NCBI GenBank assembly: GCA_018674305.1
Contig: JABHAL010000004.1
Location: forward strand, 192,446 to 256,445
DNA: 64,000 bases
Source: Candidatus Falkowbacteria bacterium
GTDB taxonomy: Bacteria > Patescibacteriota > Patescibacteriia > UBA11705 > JABHMO01
Direction: 5' to 3'
How positions within the stretch are numbered: position 1 is the stretch's first letter; each line of letters opens with the position of its first letter. Of the stretch, positions 37,169 through 47,369 are shown in pieces. The notes under the pieces were generated by a model. That model saw only the letters and a list, made by a program, of their open reading frames with translations, was not told where the DNA came from and did no database searches. Both the position numbers and the translations under genes were made by a program.

Positions 37169-38450
37169 AATTTAACCCGATAATTATCGCAGTTAACATT
37201 AACCCAACCCAGAAGCTCCATAAATAATGATCAAATAGTGCCAATCCGGCTAGACAAATTAAACAAATGAAACTTGTCCGTTTTTCAATTGACCAGGTGT
37301 GAGCTTTAAACAAGTTATATAAGCAGTAAATAATAAACAGTAAACTGAAACCGAGCCCGATTAAACCAAGCTCAGCCCAGGTTAATAAGTATGTATTATG
37401 AATTGGTTGATATTGCCAACCTTCGAGCGTTGGATCTTTCTCAACTATATGCATAACGTAATTACCTAAACCTGTCCCAGTTTTCCAGTTGGGTTTAATT
37501 ATTGAGCCGAACTGTTGATACTGTTCAATTCTAGTTGCATTTGATAAGTTTTCTAGACGATTATCACTCATTATTCTCGATTGTAGTAATTCGGGAAAGG
37601 AAACAATAAATAAAATGAAAATTATAATTGTGATCAAGGCAAATTTGGTTGTAACTTTGCTTTCGGCCTTATTTTTTCTAGTGGTAAAGGCAAATATTAT
37701 AATACAAATTATAAATACCAAAATTCCAGCTCGTGATAGGGTGGTCATCAGCGCTAAAAAATTAATTACAAAAAATACTGGTAGAATTTTTAGGTGTTTT
37801 TTGATTTTAGTCAAAGAATATAATCCAATAATCAAAATTAAACTTACAACTAGAAAGCCGGCTAAAATATTAGGGTGCGGGAGTGTCCCAAAAGTTCTAA
37901 GCCACCGGAGTTCGCCAATCTGAACAACAGGAACGCCCAGAGTTTGAGGATCTTGCTCTGCCATGCCTAGCCACTTGTTACCAACAATGTGTTGCACAAC
38001 GAATTGATTGATTGCCAAAGACGCTTGGATTAATCCTCCCCAAACAAAGGCCCAGGAAACTTTTTCCCAATTGGGTTTGAAAAACATGATTACGAAAACT
38101 AGTGCACTTGCCAGAATTAAGTGACCGAATTTATAAAAAGCTATTTCTTTATTTAAAGCGAGAAAACAGGAAAGCAAGACAAGCAAGACGAGCAAAACTA
38201 GTAAAACTACTCTTCGTAAATTCCTTTTTTCTTTTTTTATTTCTTTCTTTTTTATTCTCCAAACTAAATAAAAAATACTTAGTAACAATATTAATCCTAA
38301 TAATAATTCAGTTGCGTATAAACTCAAACTGCCATACTCAAAATTGAAACCATTAAGCGTAGCTTGTTTATAAATTAATCGTGTTTGCAGAGGTAGTAAA
38401 AAAATGAAGAGGTAGATTAACCAGTTGATTGATTGTTGTAGTTTTTGCAT
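37146..38450 (-). CDS. O-antigen ligase/polymerase-like (Wzy_C family) membrane protein
   Basis: 434 aa, ~10 TM with a large periplasmic loop; poly-LLV segment coded by the GTCTTGCTT tandem repeat. Confidence 0.55.
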   Translation of the reverse strand: MQKLQQSINWLIYLFIFLLPLQTRLIYKQATLNGFNFEYGSLSLYATELLLGLILLLSIFYLVWRIKKKEIKKEKRNLRRVVLLVLLVLLVLLSCFLALNKEIAFYKFGHLILASALVFVIMFFKPNWEKVSWAFVWGGLIQASLAINQFVVQHIVGNKWLGMAEQDPQTLGVPVVQIGELRWLRTFGTLPHPNILAGFLVVSLILIIGLYSLTKIKKHLKILPVFFVINFLALMTTLSRAGILVFIICIIIFAFTTRKNKAESKVTTKFALITIIIFILFIVSFPELLQSRIMSDNRLENLSNATRIEQYQQFGSIIKPNWKTGTGLGNYVMHIVEKDPTLEGWQYQPIHNTYLLTWAELGLIGLGFSLLFIIYCLYNLFKAHTWSIEKRTSFICLICLAGLALFDHYLWSFWVGLMLTAIIIGLNFAKYENN

Positions 38451-38524
38451 GGTATTGATTTTATTATAATAATATACTAATATAGTATAAGTTTATGGTT
38501 CATTTGACAAATGAGGAGGATCCA

Positions 38525-38932
38525 ATGAGAAATTTGTGGTTACTGTTTGTCGTTCTATTTGTTTGTTCCTGTGGGGAAAATAATAGAAAGAGTATAACCG
38601 AGCATAATCAAAAAGTTGTTGTTTCTCAAAAAGAGGAAGACGCAGCTGACGGTAGAAAAGACTGTAATAAGGTTTTACAGGATTCTTTTCGAGTCATACG
38701 TGCTAAACAAACCATACTTTATAAAAATGATGGTGACCAGAAGGTTAAATTAGATATTGCTAATAAACCAACAGAAGATAGTACAACCTTGATTGGTTAC
38801 GAGATTCTTCCATTTACTGGGGGAAAATACATTTTGCCATTTTTCCGCGGGGAACTGCTTGGCACTCTATATTTCCGAATCAATGATGGCAAGTGGTATG
38901 AAATTTGCGCTGAAGAAGATTCAGTGCAATGA
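38525..38932 (+). CDS. Secreted/lipoprotein-like hypothetical protein
   Basis: Start MRNLWLLFVVLFVCSCG (signal peptide, lipobox-like); GGAGG RBS. Confidence 0.45.
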   Translation: MRNLWLLFVVLFVCSCGENNRKSITEHNQKVVVSQKEEDAADGRKDCNKVLQDSFRVIRAKQTILYKNDGDQKVKLDIANKPTEDSTTLIGYEILPFTGGKYILPFFRGELLGTLYFRINDGKWYEICAEEDSVQ

Positions 38933-39044
38933 TATTCAAGACCTAGATAATATCTGGGTCTTTTTTTATATATTGACAAGGTGATTGTTTAATGATAATG
39001 TTGTATGATATTCTTTTAAAATTTATTGAACAACGGAGGAGAAG

Positions 39045-39500
39045 ATGAAGAATCTAAAATTCATAATAGTAGGTATTGTTGCTTTTTGGATGGGTGTATT
39101 TTCTATCGAGGAGATAACTTCTGGTCAAGAATATAAAGAATTAGATCCGGAAGTAGTTATTCGAAATGGATATTGCGTGGACGAATGGCAAGGAATGGTT
39201 ATTCAATCCAGTTATGATGACCAAAAAATCATCATTACCAAAAAAGAATTTGGAATAACACATTTTAAAATGGATTTTCGAGAGTTGCGGTTAAACGGTT
39301 GGTTTGCCCAAGGTGGTATTTTGGAATTAAGTTACAGATCTGCCGCCGGTGATTCTGCTATGAGCTGGGCACTCATGGAAGTGAACGGTGATAGGCAAGA
39401 TCTGCTTTTTGCCACCGAAGAATCTCCTGATAAATGCGGTCATCAGCCAACAAAGCATCCTTTTTACGATGAACTTGTTAAGCCCTTACAGAAAAAGTGA
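39045..39500 (+). CDS. Secreted hypothetical protein
   Basis: N-terminal signal peptide; GGAGG RBS. Confidence 0.45.
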   Translation: MKNLKFIIVGIVAFWMGVFSIEEITSGQEYKELDPEVVIRNGYCVDEWQGMVIQSSYDDQKIIITKKEFGITHFKMDFRELRLNGWFAQGGILELSYRSAAGDSAMSWALMEVNGDRQDLLFATEESPDKCGHQPTKHPFYDELVKPLQKK

Positions 39501-39508
39501 TCAAACAC

Positions 39509-39543
39509 AAAATCCCCTTGATCGAACTCGGGGGATTTTTTAT
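39509..39543. terminator. Bidirectional terminator
   Basis: aaaatccccttgatcgaactcgggggatttttt. Confidence 0.6.
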
Positions 39544-40475
39544 TTGAGGTTTTCAATTGTCTTCTCCCATTTGTCGCGAAACTGAATTCGCTTATCTTTA
39601 TCGTGAAATTTAAGAACTTCATCGGAAATAACCACGTTAGTATTATCTTCCTTTGCTAAATTATTCAAGTTTTTTGGCAAAATCTTTAACTGGAGTATTT
39701 TAAGAAGTTTATTTAATGGGCCACCAATCAATTTTGTTTTTAGGATTAATTCAAAAAATCGTTTATTCAAGCTTTTACTTTTTATAACCCATCGTTCATT
39801 GGTTGTTATTGGTTCAAAGTTTGGTAAACATTTTTTTGTCCAGGAATTACTATTGAAAAATTTTTCAATTAGTTCAGGTTTTCCGTATATAGGCAAAAAT
39901 TGATTTAACCAATAAGTGAAGTGGATATCATTTTTGTAAGCTAATGACTTAAGATTTAAGTTGCAAGTAGTTATGAAAAAACTTTGGCAAATTTTGTCTT
40001 GATGCTTGTTTTCAGTTGGTCTTTGTCCAAGCATTTTCATCAATAAGGTTGAGAAAAAACGAGCAGTCCAGATTCGATTGTTTTCACAAATGATTGCTAG
40101 GTCAATATCGCTTCCTTCAGATGCGTTCTGGTAAGCTAAATTATTACAAATAAAAATAGCCTTCACAAAGGGGATATGACTAATTAGCCATAACGATTTT
40201 TTGGCTTTTTTAATTTTATTTTGTGCATGTAAATACTTTTTTTTGCGGGTGGCTACTAAGTCTGCTTTGGTTTTAAAAAAATAAAATCCTTCGTTAGTAC
40301 CGAGGATTTTATTTTTATACAGTTTATCTAAAGTGCTTTTAACCTGTTCAAAGCTATATTGTTCAGTCGGTTTCCAAAGGTTTTTATAAATTTCCCAACT
40401 AGTTATAGGAAAATTGAAAATTTGAAAATAAGCTAGAGTGTCTAGGATGCATTTTTCAAGGGAAGTTAGAGACAT
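39540..40475 (-). CDS. Hypothetical protein, possible nucleotidyltransferase fold
   Basis: 311 aa; EGSDIDLAII resembles the NTase GS..DxD motif; weak. Confidence 0.35.
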   Translation of the reverse strand: MSLTSLEKCILDTLAYFQIFNFPITSWEIYKNLWKPTEQYSFEQVKSTLDKLYKNKILGTNEGFYFFKTKADLVATRKKKYLHAQNKIKKAKKSLWLISHIPFVKAIFICNNLAYQNASEGSDIDLAIICENNRIWTARFFSTLLMKMLGQRPTENKHQDKICQSFFITTCNLNLKSLAYKNDIHFTYWLNQFLPIYGKPELIEKFFNSNSWTKKCLPNFEPITTNERWVIKSKSLNKRFFELILKTKLIGGPLNKLLKILQLKILPKNLNNLAKEDNTNVVISDEVLKFHDKDKRIQFRDKWEKTIENLK

Positions 40476-40478
40476 ACG

Positions 40479-40787
40479 CTATTTTTTCATTTCTGCCTGA
40501 GTGGTAGGTGCTTTATTTAAGTTTACGGGCTGTTTTGCAATTTGTTTGATTTGTGATTCCTCAATGTTGTCTTGTACGACAATTTTATCTGTTTCTATTC
40601 TGATAATCTGACTAGGAGCAAGAAGTAAACGAGGGCTTCTTGACCACAAACGTTTTTTAACTACAAAATATTTAATTACTTGATGGCTTTTTGTATCAAG
40701 CTCCATATTAACTATTCGTCCGAGATTAATTCCATTTTTTTCAGTTTCAACTGTCAGTTTTTTTAATTTTTTTAATTCAACTCGCAT
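40479..40787 (-). CDS. Small PRC-barrel-like protein, hypothetical
   Basis: 102 aa; loose resemblance to YlmC/YmxH PRC-barrel proteins. Confidence 0.35.
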   Translation of the reverse strand: MRVELKKLKKLTVETEKNGINLGRIVNMELDTKSHQVIKYFVVKKRLWSRSPRLLLAPSQIIRIETDKIVVQDNIEESQIKQIAKQPVNLNKAPTTQAEMKK

Positions 40788-40801
40788 ATTTATGTGAGAG
40801 T

Positions 40802-41596
40802 TTAGCTTTTAAGTTGTTTGTTTTCTGGTTCATTTGTTTTCGTTGTTTCTGGTACGTCAGTTGGAGGAATTATTTCGGGTTGTCCTGGTGGATCAGTTTT
40901 TCTGAACATGACTTTTTGTTGCAAACTGGTAAAAACAGTTGTTAAAAACCAGTAAAAGGTTAAACCACCAGGTAGGCTCATTCCAATAAGGACGGTCATG
41001 AATGGCATAAAGTACATCATACTTTTATTCATGTTGGCCATCATGCTTTCATCTTTAGCACCTTTCACTTTTGGTGGTTTTTTGGCTGAAAGCATTTGGG
41101 TTTGAACGTATTGAGCGGCCCCAGCTAGTATTGCAAGGGCAATGCTAGGAACAGCCATGTTGATAAAACCAAAAGCCATTGGATTAATGTGACCAGGGTT
41201 AGCCACAAAAGAATATAGAATTTCAAAATTTTCGCTGGTTAAACCTACTCGGAATGCTTGATATACAGCAATTAGAAAAGGAAACTGAACTAATAGTGGT
41301 AAACATGAAGATAGTGGATTAACCTTTTGCTCTTTGTAGAGCTTCATTGTTTCTGCGGCTAGTTTTTCTTTTTCGCCCTTATGCTTCTTTTTTAGAGCAT
41401 CCATTTTTGGTTGGAGTTCTTGAAGTGATTTTTGTGAGCGAACAGCAGACAGGCTTAGAGGTAGTAGTATAAGTTTTACAACTATAGTTATTGCAATAAT
41501 TGCCAATCCTATATCATTTCCAGGTACTACGTTGTAAAAGAATATTAGTAGATTGTAAATTGGTTCGTAGAGAAACGTATTGAAAATTCCGACCAT
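40802..41596 (-). CDS. yidC: Membrane protein insertase YidC (short form)
   Basis: 264 aa; five TM helices, conserved PLLVQFPFLIAVYQAF and GGLTFYWF. Confidence 0.8.
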   Translation of the reverse strand: MVGIFNTFLYEPIYNLLIFFYNVVPGNDIGLAIIAITIVVKLILLPLSLSAVRSQKSLQELQPKMDALKKKHKGEKEKLAAETMKLYKEQKVNPLSSCLPLLVQFPFLIAVYQAFRVGLTSENFEILYSFVANPGHINPMAFGFINMAVPSIALAILAGAAQYVQTQMLSAKKPPKVKGAKDESMMANMNKSMMYFMPFMTVLIGMSLPGGLTFYWFLTTVFTSLQQKVMFRKTDPPGQPEIIPPTDVPETTKTNEPENKQLKS

Positions 41597-41613
41597 ATAG
41601 TATTAAATTCGTT

Positions 41614-43044
41614 TTATTTTTTATTTTCTTTTTTTACTTTAGTAGCTTTCTTAACGGTTGTTTTTTTAACTACTTTTTTCTTCTTTTTGGCTGCGCTTGA
41701 AGTTTTTGACGGTTTTTCTTCTTTCTCCGCTTTCTCGGTGCTGACCTCAGCAACGACTTCTTTTTCTTTAGTATCGTCAGTTGAATTCATGCCAATTTCC
41801 TCTGGCCCAATTTCTTTGCCACTTTCTTGTTCCTTAATATTTAATCGCCAGTCAGTTAATTTTGAAGCCAGTCTTACGTTTTGTCCAGCCCGACCAATGG
41901 TCAATGATAATTGATCTTGTGGGACAGTTACGGTAGCTTGTTTTTCTTTTTCATCAACTTCTACATTTGTGATTTTAGCTGGTAGAAGTGCATTAGTAAT
42001 AAATTTAATTGGATCATCTGAATATTCAATGATATCGATCTTTTCACCATTTAATTCGTTGATAATTGTTTGAATACGAGCACCACGTTGGCCAATGCAT
42101 GAACCAATTGGGTCAATGTTTTCATCTTCAGTATGAACGGCGATTTTGGTTCGACTACCAGCTTCTCTGGCAATACCTTTAATTTCAATTATTCCATTTG
42201 CAATTTCAGGAATTTCTAACCCAAACAACATTTTAACAATTTCTGGATGAGCGCGCGAAACAATTATTTCAGGGCCACGAGTTGTTAGTGCAATGCTGCT
42301 AAGATAAACTTTGGCACGGTCACCAACTTTAAATCTTTCGCCGCGTATTTGTTCATGTGGTGGTAAGATAGCTGAAGCCTTGTCTAGGTCAATAACAATA
42401 TTTCGGCCATCGAATTTTTGGACCATCCCGGTAACAATTTGACCTTCTTTTTCTTTATAATCCTGATAAATTATATTTCGTTCTGCTTCACGTAGTTTTT
42501 GAATAATAACTTGTTTTGCAGTTTGGGCAGCCATACGACCAAATTCACCAGGAATGTCTAGCTCTGTTTTAACAAAATCACCGAGCTTGTAAGATTTTTT
42601 AATTTCTTTGGCCTCTTTTATTTGAATTTGCGTTTTGGGATTGAAGCGTCTAGCTTCATCGTCATCTTCCTCACCTTCTCCCTCATTTTTGTTTTCATTA
42701 TGTTCTGCTAACCTTTGAGCTTCTTTTTCTTCACGGATTTGTTTTAATTCCTCGGCTGAGATTTCACCGTTAGCAATTTTCTCTTTTAATTCTTCTCTCT
42801 CAATTCTTAATTGTTCCAAAGCCTCTAACTCTTCTTCGGATAGATCCTCAACAACTTCCTTGATATCAAAAATTTTTGCTTGCGCAGTAGAGGCATCAAA
42901 TTCAGCTTGGATATTTTGGGTTTTGTCCCCAAAATCCTTTCGAAAAGCAGCAGCAAGAGCAGAATTAATGGTTTCTAAAACTGAATCTTCAGATAAACCT
43001 TTTTCTGCACAAATTTGTTTAATTACTTGTTTAATGTTTTCCAT
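41614..43044 (-). CDS. nusA: Transcription termination/antitermination factor NusA
   Basis: N-terminal domain MENIKQVIKQICAEKGL, S1 and two KH domains, acidic insertion and K-rich C-terminal tail. Confidence 0.9.
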   Translation of the reverse strand: MENIKQVIKQICAEKGLSEDSVLETINSALAAAFRKDFGDKTQNIQAEFDASTAQAKIFDIKEVVEDLSEEELEALEQLRIEREELKEKIANGEISAEELKQIREEKEAQRLAEHNENKNEGEGEEDDDEARRFNPKTQIQIKEAKEIKKSYKLGDFVKTELDIPGEFGRMAAQTAKQVIIQKLREAERNIIYQDYKEKEGQIVTGMVQKFDGRNIVIDLDKASAILPPHEQIRGERFKVGDRAKVYLSSIALTTRGPEIIVSRAHPEIVKMLFGLEIPEIANGIIEIKGIAREAGSRTKIAVHTEDENIDPIGSCIGQRGARIQTIINELNGEKIDIIEYSDDPIKFITNALLPAKITNVEVDEKEKQATVTVPQDQLSLTIGRAGQNVRLASKLTDWRLNIKEQESGKEIGPEEIGMNSTDDTKEKEVVAEVSTEKAEKEEKPSKTSSAAKKKKKVVKKTTVKKATKVKKENKK

Positions 43045-43321
43045 ATCTTTAACAAAAGCACTATTAAATAATAAATGATAAATTTAGTACTTAATACATA
43101 ATTATAAATTTTTATAAAAAATGCTAGTTTAATAATCATAAACTAGCTTACGGTGATAGTATAACATGAGCATAATATTTTGTCTAGATAGGCCTTGCTA
43201 AATTCAACTTTGTGTGCTAAAGTAATAGCAGTTTATAAATAAAGATATTCTGCTTGTATAGCCCATTAATTTTGACCAGCTTCTATTGGTGTAAAATTAC
43301 AGAATGTCGAAACAATTTAAT

Positions 43322-43846
43322 ATGACAGAGCACTATGAATTACTTTATATCGTGCCGATTAAGTTTTTGGATGACGATTTGCAAAAGATAACTGAGCAAG
43401 TTGATGTTATGATTAAGAAATTTAATGGTGAAATTACCAAACAGGACAATTTAGGTAAACAACGATTGTCTTATGCTATCAATGATATTCATCAAGGTAC
43501 ATATGTTTTGGTTGAGTACGACATGGACAAAGCTAATAATAAACAGCTTGACGATCAACTTCTTTTGACTCCAGAAGTTTTGCGACACATGATTGTTTGT
43601 CGAAAGGTAAAGACAGAAGCTGAAGTAAAGAGACAAGAAATGATTAAAGAAGGCATGAGAAAGTCCAAAGAAGAAGAGTTAGCTGAGATTGAAGAAAAGG
43701 AAAAAGATGGTGTAAAAAAGGAAGAGTTGTCAGGTGTTGAATCAGCAAAGCCAATAGTTACAAAAGAGAAAGAAAAATCTCAAAGATCAACTTTAGAAGA
43801 GTTAGACAAAAAGTTGGATGAAATTTTGACTGATGATATACTTTAA
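43322..43846 (+). CDS. rpsF: 30S ribosomal protein S6 with long E/K-rich C-terminal extension
   Basis: MTEHYELLYIV...QGTYVLVEYD matches S6; the ORF-track start at 43304 is probably too early. Confidence 0.85.
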   Translation: MTEHYELLYIVPIKFLDDDLQKITEQVDVMIKKFNGEITKQDNLGKQRLSYAINDIHQGTYVLVEYDMDKANNKQLDDQLLLTPEVLRHMIVCRKVKTEAEVKRQEMIKEGMRKSKEEELAEIEEKEKDGVKKEELSGVESAKPIVTKEKEKSQRSTLEELDKKLDEILTDDIL

Positions 43847-43848
43847 AA

Positions 43849-43975
43849 TAAATTCTAAATCCTAAATTCTAAATCCTAAACAATGTTCAAAGTTCAAAAT
43901 TAAAAGTGAGTTGTTGATGCTAATATTTTTAAGATTTGAATTTGTTTAGAGTTTCGGTATTAGAAATTAGAGTTT
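43849..43975. repeat. MITE-like intergenic element, copy B (between rpsF and ssb)
   Basis: Homologous to 34405-34513 with related terminal inverted repeats (aaattctaaatcctaaa ... ttagaaattagagttt). Confidence 0.55.
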
Positions 43976-43983
43976 AAAAAAAT

Positions 43984-44484
43984 ATGGATTTAAACAAAGC
44001 CATGATGATTGGCAGATTAACTAGAGATCCAGAGGGAAGAACTACACCACAAGGTGCTACAGTTGCAAGCTTTGCAGTTGCTACAAATTTTGTGTGGAAT
44101 GATGCCAATGGTCAACGTCAAGAAAGAGTAGAATTTCATAATGTTGTTGCTTGGCGAAAGTTAGCTGACATTTGTACTCAGTATTTACGAAAAGGTAGTC
44201 GAGTTTATATTGAAGGTCGTATGCAAACAAGAGATTGGGAAGGCCAAGATGGTATCAAGCGTTATCGAACTGAAATTGTTGCTGATAATATGATTATGTT
44301 GGACTCTCGAGGTTCTGCAGCTGGACAACCACAGCAGTCTGGACCAGCTCCATTGCCAACAATTCAGGCAGATGCCCCTGATCCTGATACTCAGATCCCA
44401 CAAAGTAATGAAGGTGGCAATAGTGGTAGTAGTGACAGTGGTGCTAGTGAAGATGAAATTAAAATTGAAAATATACCTTTTTAA
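43984..44484 (+). CDS. ssb: Single-stranded DNA-binding protein
   Basis: OB-fold MMIGRLTRDPE...FHNVVAWRKLA...; acidic tail ending ...ENIPF. Confidence 0.9.
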   Translation: MDLNKAMMIGRLTRDPEGRTTPQGATVASFAVATNFVWNDANGQRQERVEFHNVVAWRKLADICTQYLRKGSRVYIEGRMQTRDWEGQDGIKRYRTEIVADNMIMLDSRGSAAGQPQQSGPAPLPTIQADAPDPDTQIPQSNEGGNSGSSDSGASEDEIKIENIPF

Positions 44485-44565
44485 ACATTTTGATTTCAGG
44501 TTTAATTTACAAGATTATACAAGATTGTAAAATCAATTTTGTTTGCCACTACTGTGGTAATCCGT

Positions 44566-44598
44566 ATTATCTGTATATTAATCTGTAATCTGTATATA
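44566..44598. repeat. ATCTGTA heptamer array (x3) immediately upstream of rpsR
   Basis: ttatctgtatattaatctgtaatctgtatatatg. Confidence 0.5.
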
Positions 44599-44822
44599 TG
44601 AAAAATTCGTTAACCAAAAAACCAAAGAAATGCTATTTTTGTGAAAATGGAGTAGTGGATATTGATTATAAAGATATCCAGGTTTTACGTAAGTTTCTTT
44701 CTTCTTATGCTAAGATTTTACCTAAACGAAGAACAAAGGTTTGTTCTAAGCATCAACGTAAAGTAGCTCAAGCAATTAAGAGAGCCAGAATTATGGCTAT
44801 GCTTCCTTTTGTAAATAGATAA
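44598..44822 (+). CDS. rpsR: 30S ribosomal protein S18
   Basis: KKCYFCENGVVDIDYKDIQVLRKFLSSYAKILPKRRT; sits in the rpsF-ssb-rpsR cluster. Confidence 0.9.
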   Translation: MKNSLTKKPKKCYFCENGVVDIDYKDIQVLRKFLSSYAKILPKRRTKVCSKHQRKVAQAIKRARIMAMLPFVNR

Positions 44823-44909
44823 AATTGTAAGGCTAAATATGGCTATAAAGGGTAACAGGATTTTATAGAGTCTTGCTACCTTGTATAGCCTTGTTTAGCC
44901 CTTTTCATT

Positions 44910-45473
44910 ATGTTAGATATTTCACAAGTTCGCCTTGGCTCTGTTGTAAAACATGATGGTGCACCTTACACTGTTATTTCAGCAGCTCAAAAACAAGTTG
45001 GCCGTGGTGGTTCAATCAAAACAATCAAAATAAAAAATCTTATCGACGGAAAAGTCCTAGAAAAGACTTTGCAGGGAAATGATAAAATGGATTCCGCTGA
45101 CTTGGCTAGAGGTAAAGCTCAGTATTTATACAAAGAAGGTGGGGAAGTCCATTTTATGAATAATGAAACCTTCGAACAGTTTAGCATTGAAAAAGAAAAC
45201 GTTGGTGAATCAATTAACTTTTTAGTTGAAGGCGCTGATGTTACAATTTTATATTTTGAGGGCAATGCAGTATCTGTAGAAATTCCTACAAAAGCTGAAT
45301 TAACAGTAACTGAAGCACCTCCTGGTGTTAAGGGTGATACTGCAGGAACTGCAACTAAAACAATTACTCTAGAAACCGGTTATCAGGTGAATGCACCTTT
45401 GTTTATTAAGGAAGGTGATAAAGTTAGAATCAACACTGAGACTGGGCAGTATGTTGAAAGAGTTAAAAGTTAG
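44910..45473 (+). CDS. efp: Elongation factor P
   Basis: 187 aa; three beta-barrel domains, conserved loop QKQVGRGGSIKT. Confidence 0.85.
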   Translation: MLDISQVRLGSVVKHDGAPYTVISAAQKQVGRGGSIKTIKIKNLIDGKVLEKTLQGNDKMDSADLARGKAQYLYKEGGEVHFMNNETFEQFSIEKENVGESINFLVEGADVTILYFEGNAVSVEIPTKAELTVTEAPPGVKGDTAGTATKTITLETGYQVNAPLFIKEGDKVRINTETGQYVERVKS

Positions 45474-45504
45474 AAAGTTACAAGTTTATAAAGTGAAAAT
45501 ATAA

Positions 45505-45536
45505 AAACACCCCAATTTATGGGGTTGTTTTTTTTG
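45505..45536 (+). terminator. Rho-independent terminator
   Basis: aacaccccaatttatggggttgttttttttg. Confidence 0.6.
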
Positions 45537-45619
45537 TATTGACAATTTAATGTTAATTTGCTAAATTGGAGTGTTCCGAATTGATAATGATTGTACTTTT
45601 ACAGTAGGAGGCTTAAGAC

Positions 45620-45811
45620 ATGGAACAGTCAATTGTTGAGCCAGCTGTTAGTTGGTTTAGTTTGTCTTTAATTATTGCGGGAATTGCACAAGGAAAAAAC
45701 CGGGATGGTTTTGGATGTTGGTTATTTGGTCTATTCACTGGACCTTTTGCCTTGTTCTGTTTAGTGGCTTTGGCTCCAAAGCTTGATGAGGCTTCAGAAT
45801 TGAAAGAATAA
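45620..45811 (+). CDS. Small two-TM membrane protein, hypothetical
   Basis: 63 aa; AGGAGG RBS; promoter TTGACA...TTTGCTAAATT upstream. Confidence 0.5.
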   Translation: MEQSIVEPAVSWFSLSLIIAGIAQGKNRDGFGCWLFGLFTGPFALFCLVALAPKLDEASELKE

Positions 45812-45852
45812 TTTTCTCAAAATGCCCATATTCTCAAATTGAGGAGGTTGTA

Positions 45853-46083
45853 ATGGTAGACTGCTCTAAGTGTAATGACACAGGCGTAAACGAAACCGGC
45901 AACAATGATTTGCCATGTGAATGTCCAGCTGGTGACACGGCGTTGTTTAATACTGTGGAAGCTAGTGAGCCTATTCCGGGTAGGCTTATCAAGCGACACT
46001 TTTACAATAATTCGCCGGATCCTTTGCATTATAGACATGGACAGCCGTACACGGTTGCTGAGCTAGAAGCTCGAGCAAAGTAA
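45853..46083 (+). CDS. Small Cys-containing hypothetical protein
   Basis: 76 aa; GAGGAGG RBS; CSKCN...CECP; terminator aaggcccttccaacatcggagggcttttttt follows. Confidence 0.45.
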   Translation: MVDCSKCNDTGVNETGNNDLPCECPAGDTALFNTVEASEPIPGRLIKRHFYNNSPDPLHYRHGQPYTVAELEARAK

Positions 46084-46152
46084 AAACAAAAGGCCCTTCC
46101 AACATCGGAGGGCTTTTTTTATTATGGTATAGTTTTATATCAGATATTATTA

Positions 46153-46629
46153 TTAAACTTCTTTTCTCTGATCAACAAAACCACCTATATATTTGGCTTG
46201 ATAAATTTCTTTGCCGTTTTCTGTAATGATTTCTTCGCCAGAAAAATTATCAACTTCTCCGGTGAAGCTATTGGAATAGGATAAAACATCTTCGTCGTAT
46301 TTTTCAGGACCACGATAGGGTTTGTCTTTTGGGATAAGTTTCAAAGCATTCATTAAAATTCCGTAAACTTTATTATGATCCGAAACAGATTCATCAACCA
46401 ACCCGTAATAAACCATTATATAAATAGGTTCACCCTTGAAAAATACAACTTCTCGGCCACCATAAGGTTCTCCACCAAAATAGTTGTCATGATATTTCCA
46501 ATCACCAGATTCGAAAATTAAAGTTGTTGATTTATCCTCATTAATAGTTTTTTCTGCTGAATCACTAGCTGCATAAGTAGATTTTTTTGCTTTTACCAAA
46601 AACTTACACAGTTCGTTTTTATTAAACAT
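46153..46629 (-). CDS. Hypothetical protein
   Basis: 158 aa; no motif recognised. Confidence 0.5.
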   Translation of the reverse strand: MFNKNELCKFLVKAKKSTYAASDSAEKTINEDKSTTLIFESGDWKYHDNYFGGEPYGGREVVFFKGEPIYIMVYYGLVDESVSDHNKVYGILMNALKLIPKDKPYRGPEKYDEDVLSYSNSFTGEVDNFSGEEIITENGKEIYQAKYIGGFVDQRKEV

Positions 46630-46683
46630 ATAAAGGTGTTACTTTTTATTAATAATTTTTTTAGACCCATGTTTTAAAACAAG

Positions 46684-47289
46684 TTATTTCTTTTCAGTTT
46701 CCAATATTGCATCTACAATTTTTTGAGCTTTTTCTCCCAGTTTTTTCCTTTTTTCAACTAATGCTAGATCATCCTTAAAAGCTTTTATGTATTCTTTCGT
46801 GGCGTCAGCAATTTTCTCGAAAAAATCAAAAATTGACGGCTCGCTGAGTGTCATTGGCTTACCGTCGTACATTCCAGAAAGGTTAAACTCCTCATGAAAT
46901 TTTTCTTCACGTGCACGTTGCAAGTAGGCCTCACAACGAGCAATATCAAAGTCTCCTCCAGTGATCTTTGTGTTTGGATCTTTCATAGAATCTTCTACTT
47001 CTTGCTGTCGCTTTGAAAAGTAGTCAACAATCAGATTTACAGCGATTTCTTTGCTGGGGAACTGCTTTGTCTCAATAAACACCACTATTTGCTCTTTTTT
47101 ATCAATATAATCTCTCATAACCTGAAGTGCTTCTTTGTTGCCCGCTTCAGCTTTCGCTTTAAGTTCAGCAAAACCTAAACCACCAGATATTTTTTCCAAT
47201 TCGGACATTAATTTACCGAAATGTTGTTGCTGAACATCGGTGAAGTTAGCATGGAGTGCTTGTTCTTGGATTTGTTCTAGTGCTCTCAT
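46684..47289 (-). CDS. Hypothetical protein, paralog B (shared N-terminal ~75-aa domain, divergent C-terminus)
   Basis: Residues 5-75 align to the 47370..48071 protein (LHANFTxVQQxHFxKLMxxLxxISxGLGFxELKxKAExG..ALQVxRDYIxxKEQIVxFIE). Confidence 0.5.
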   Translation of the reverse strand: MRALEQIQEQALHANFTDVQQQHFGKLMSELEKISGGLGFAELKAKAEAGNKEALQVMRDYIDKKEQIVVFIETKQFPSKEIAVNLIVDYFSKRQQEVEDSMKDPNTKITGGDFDIARCEAYLQRAREEKFHEEFNLSGMYDGKPMTLSEPSIFDFFEKIADATKEYIKAFKDDLALVEKRKKLGEKAQKIVDAILETEKK

Positions 47290-47369
47290 GTTAAATCTTA
47301 GGTATACGTTATTTTTTATTACGTTATTATTCTGGTTTTGTTGTAGTGAAGATAAAACAATAAATTTTA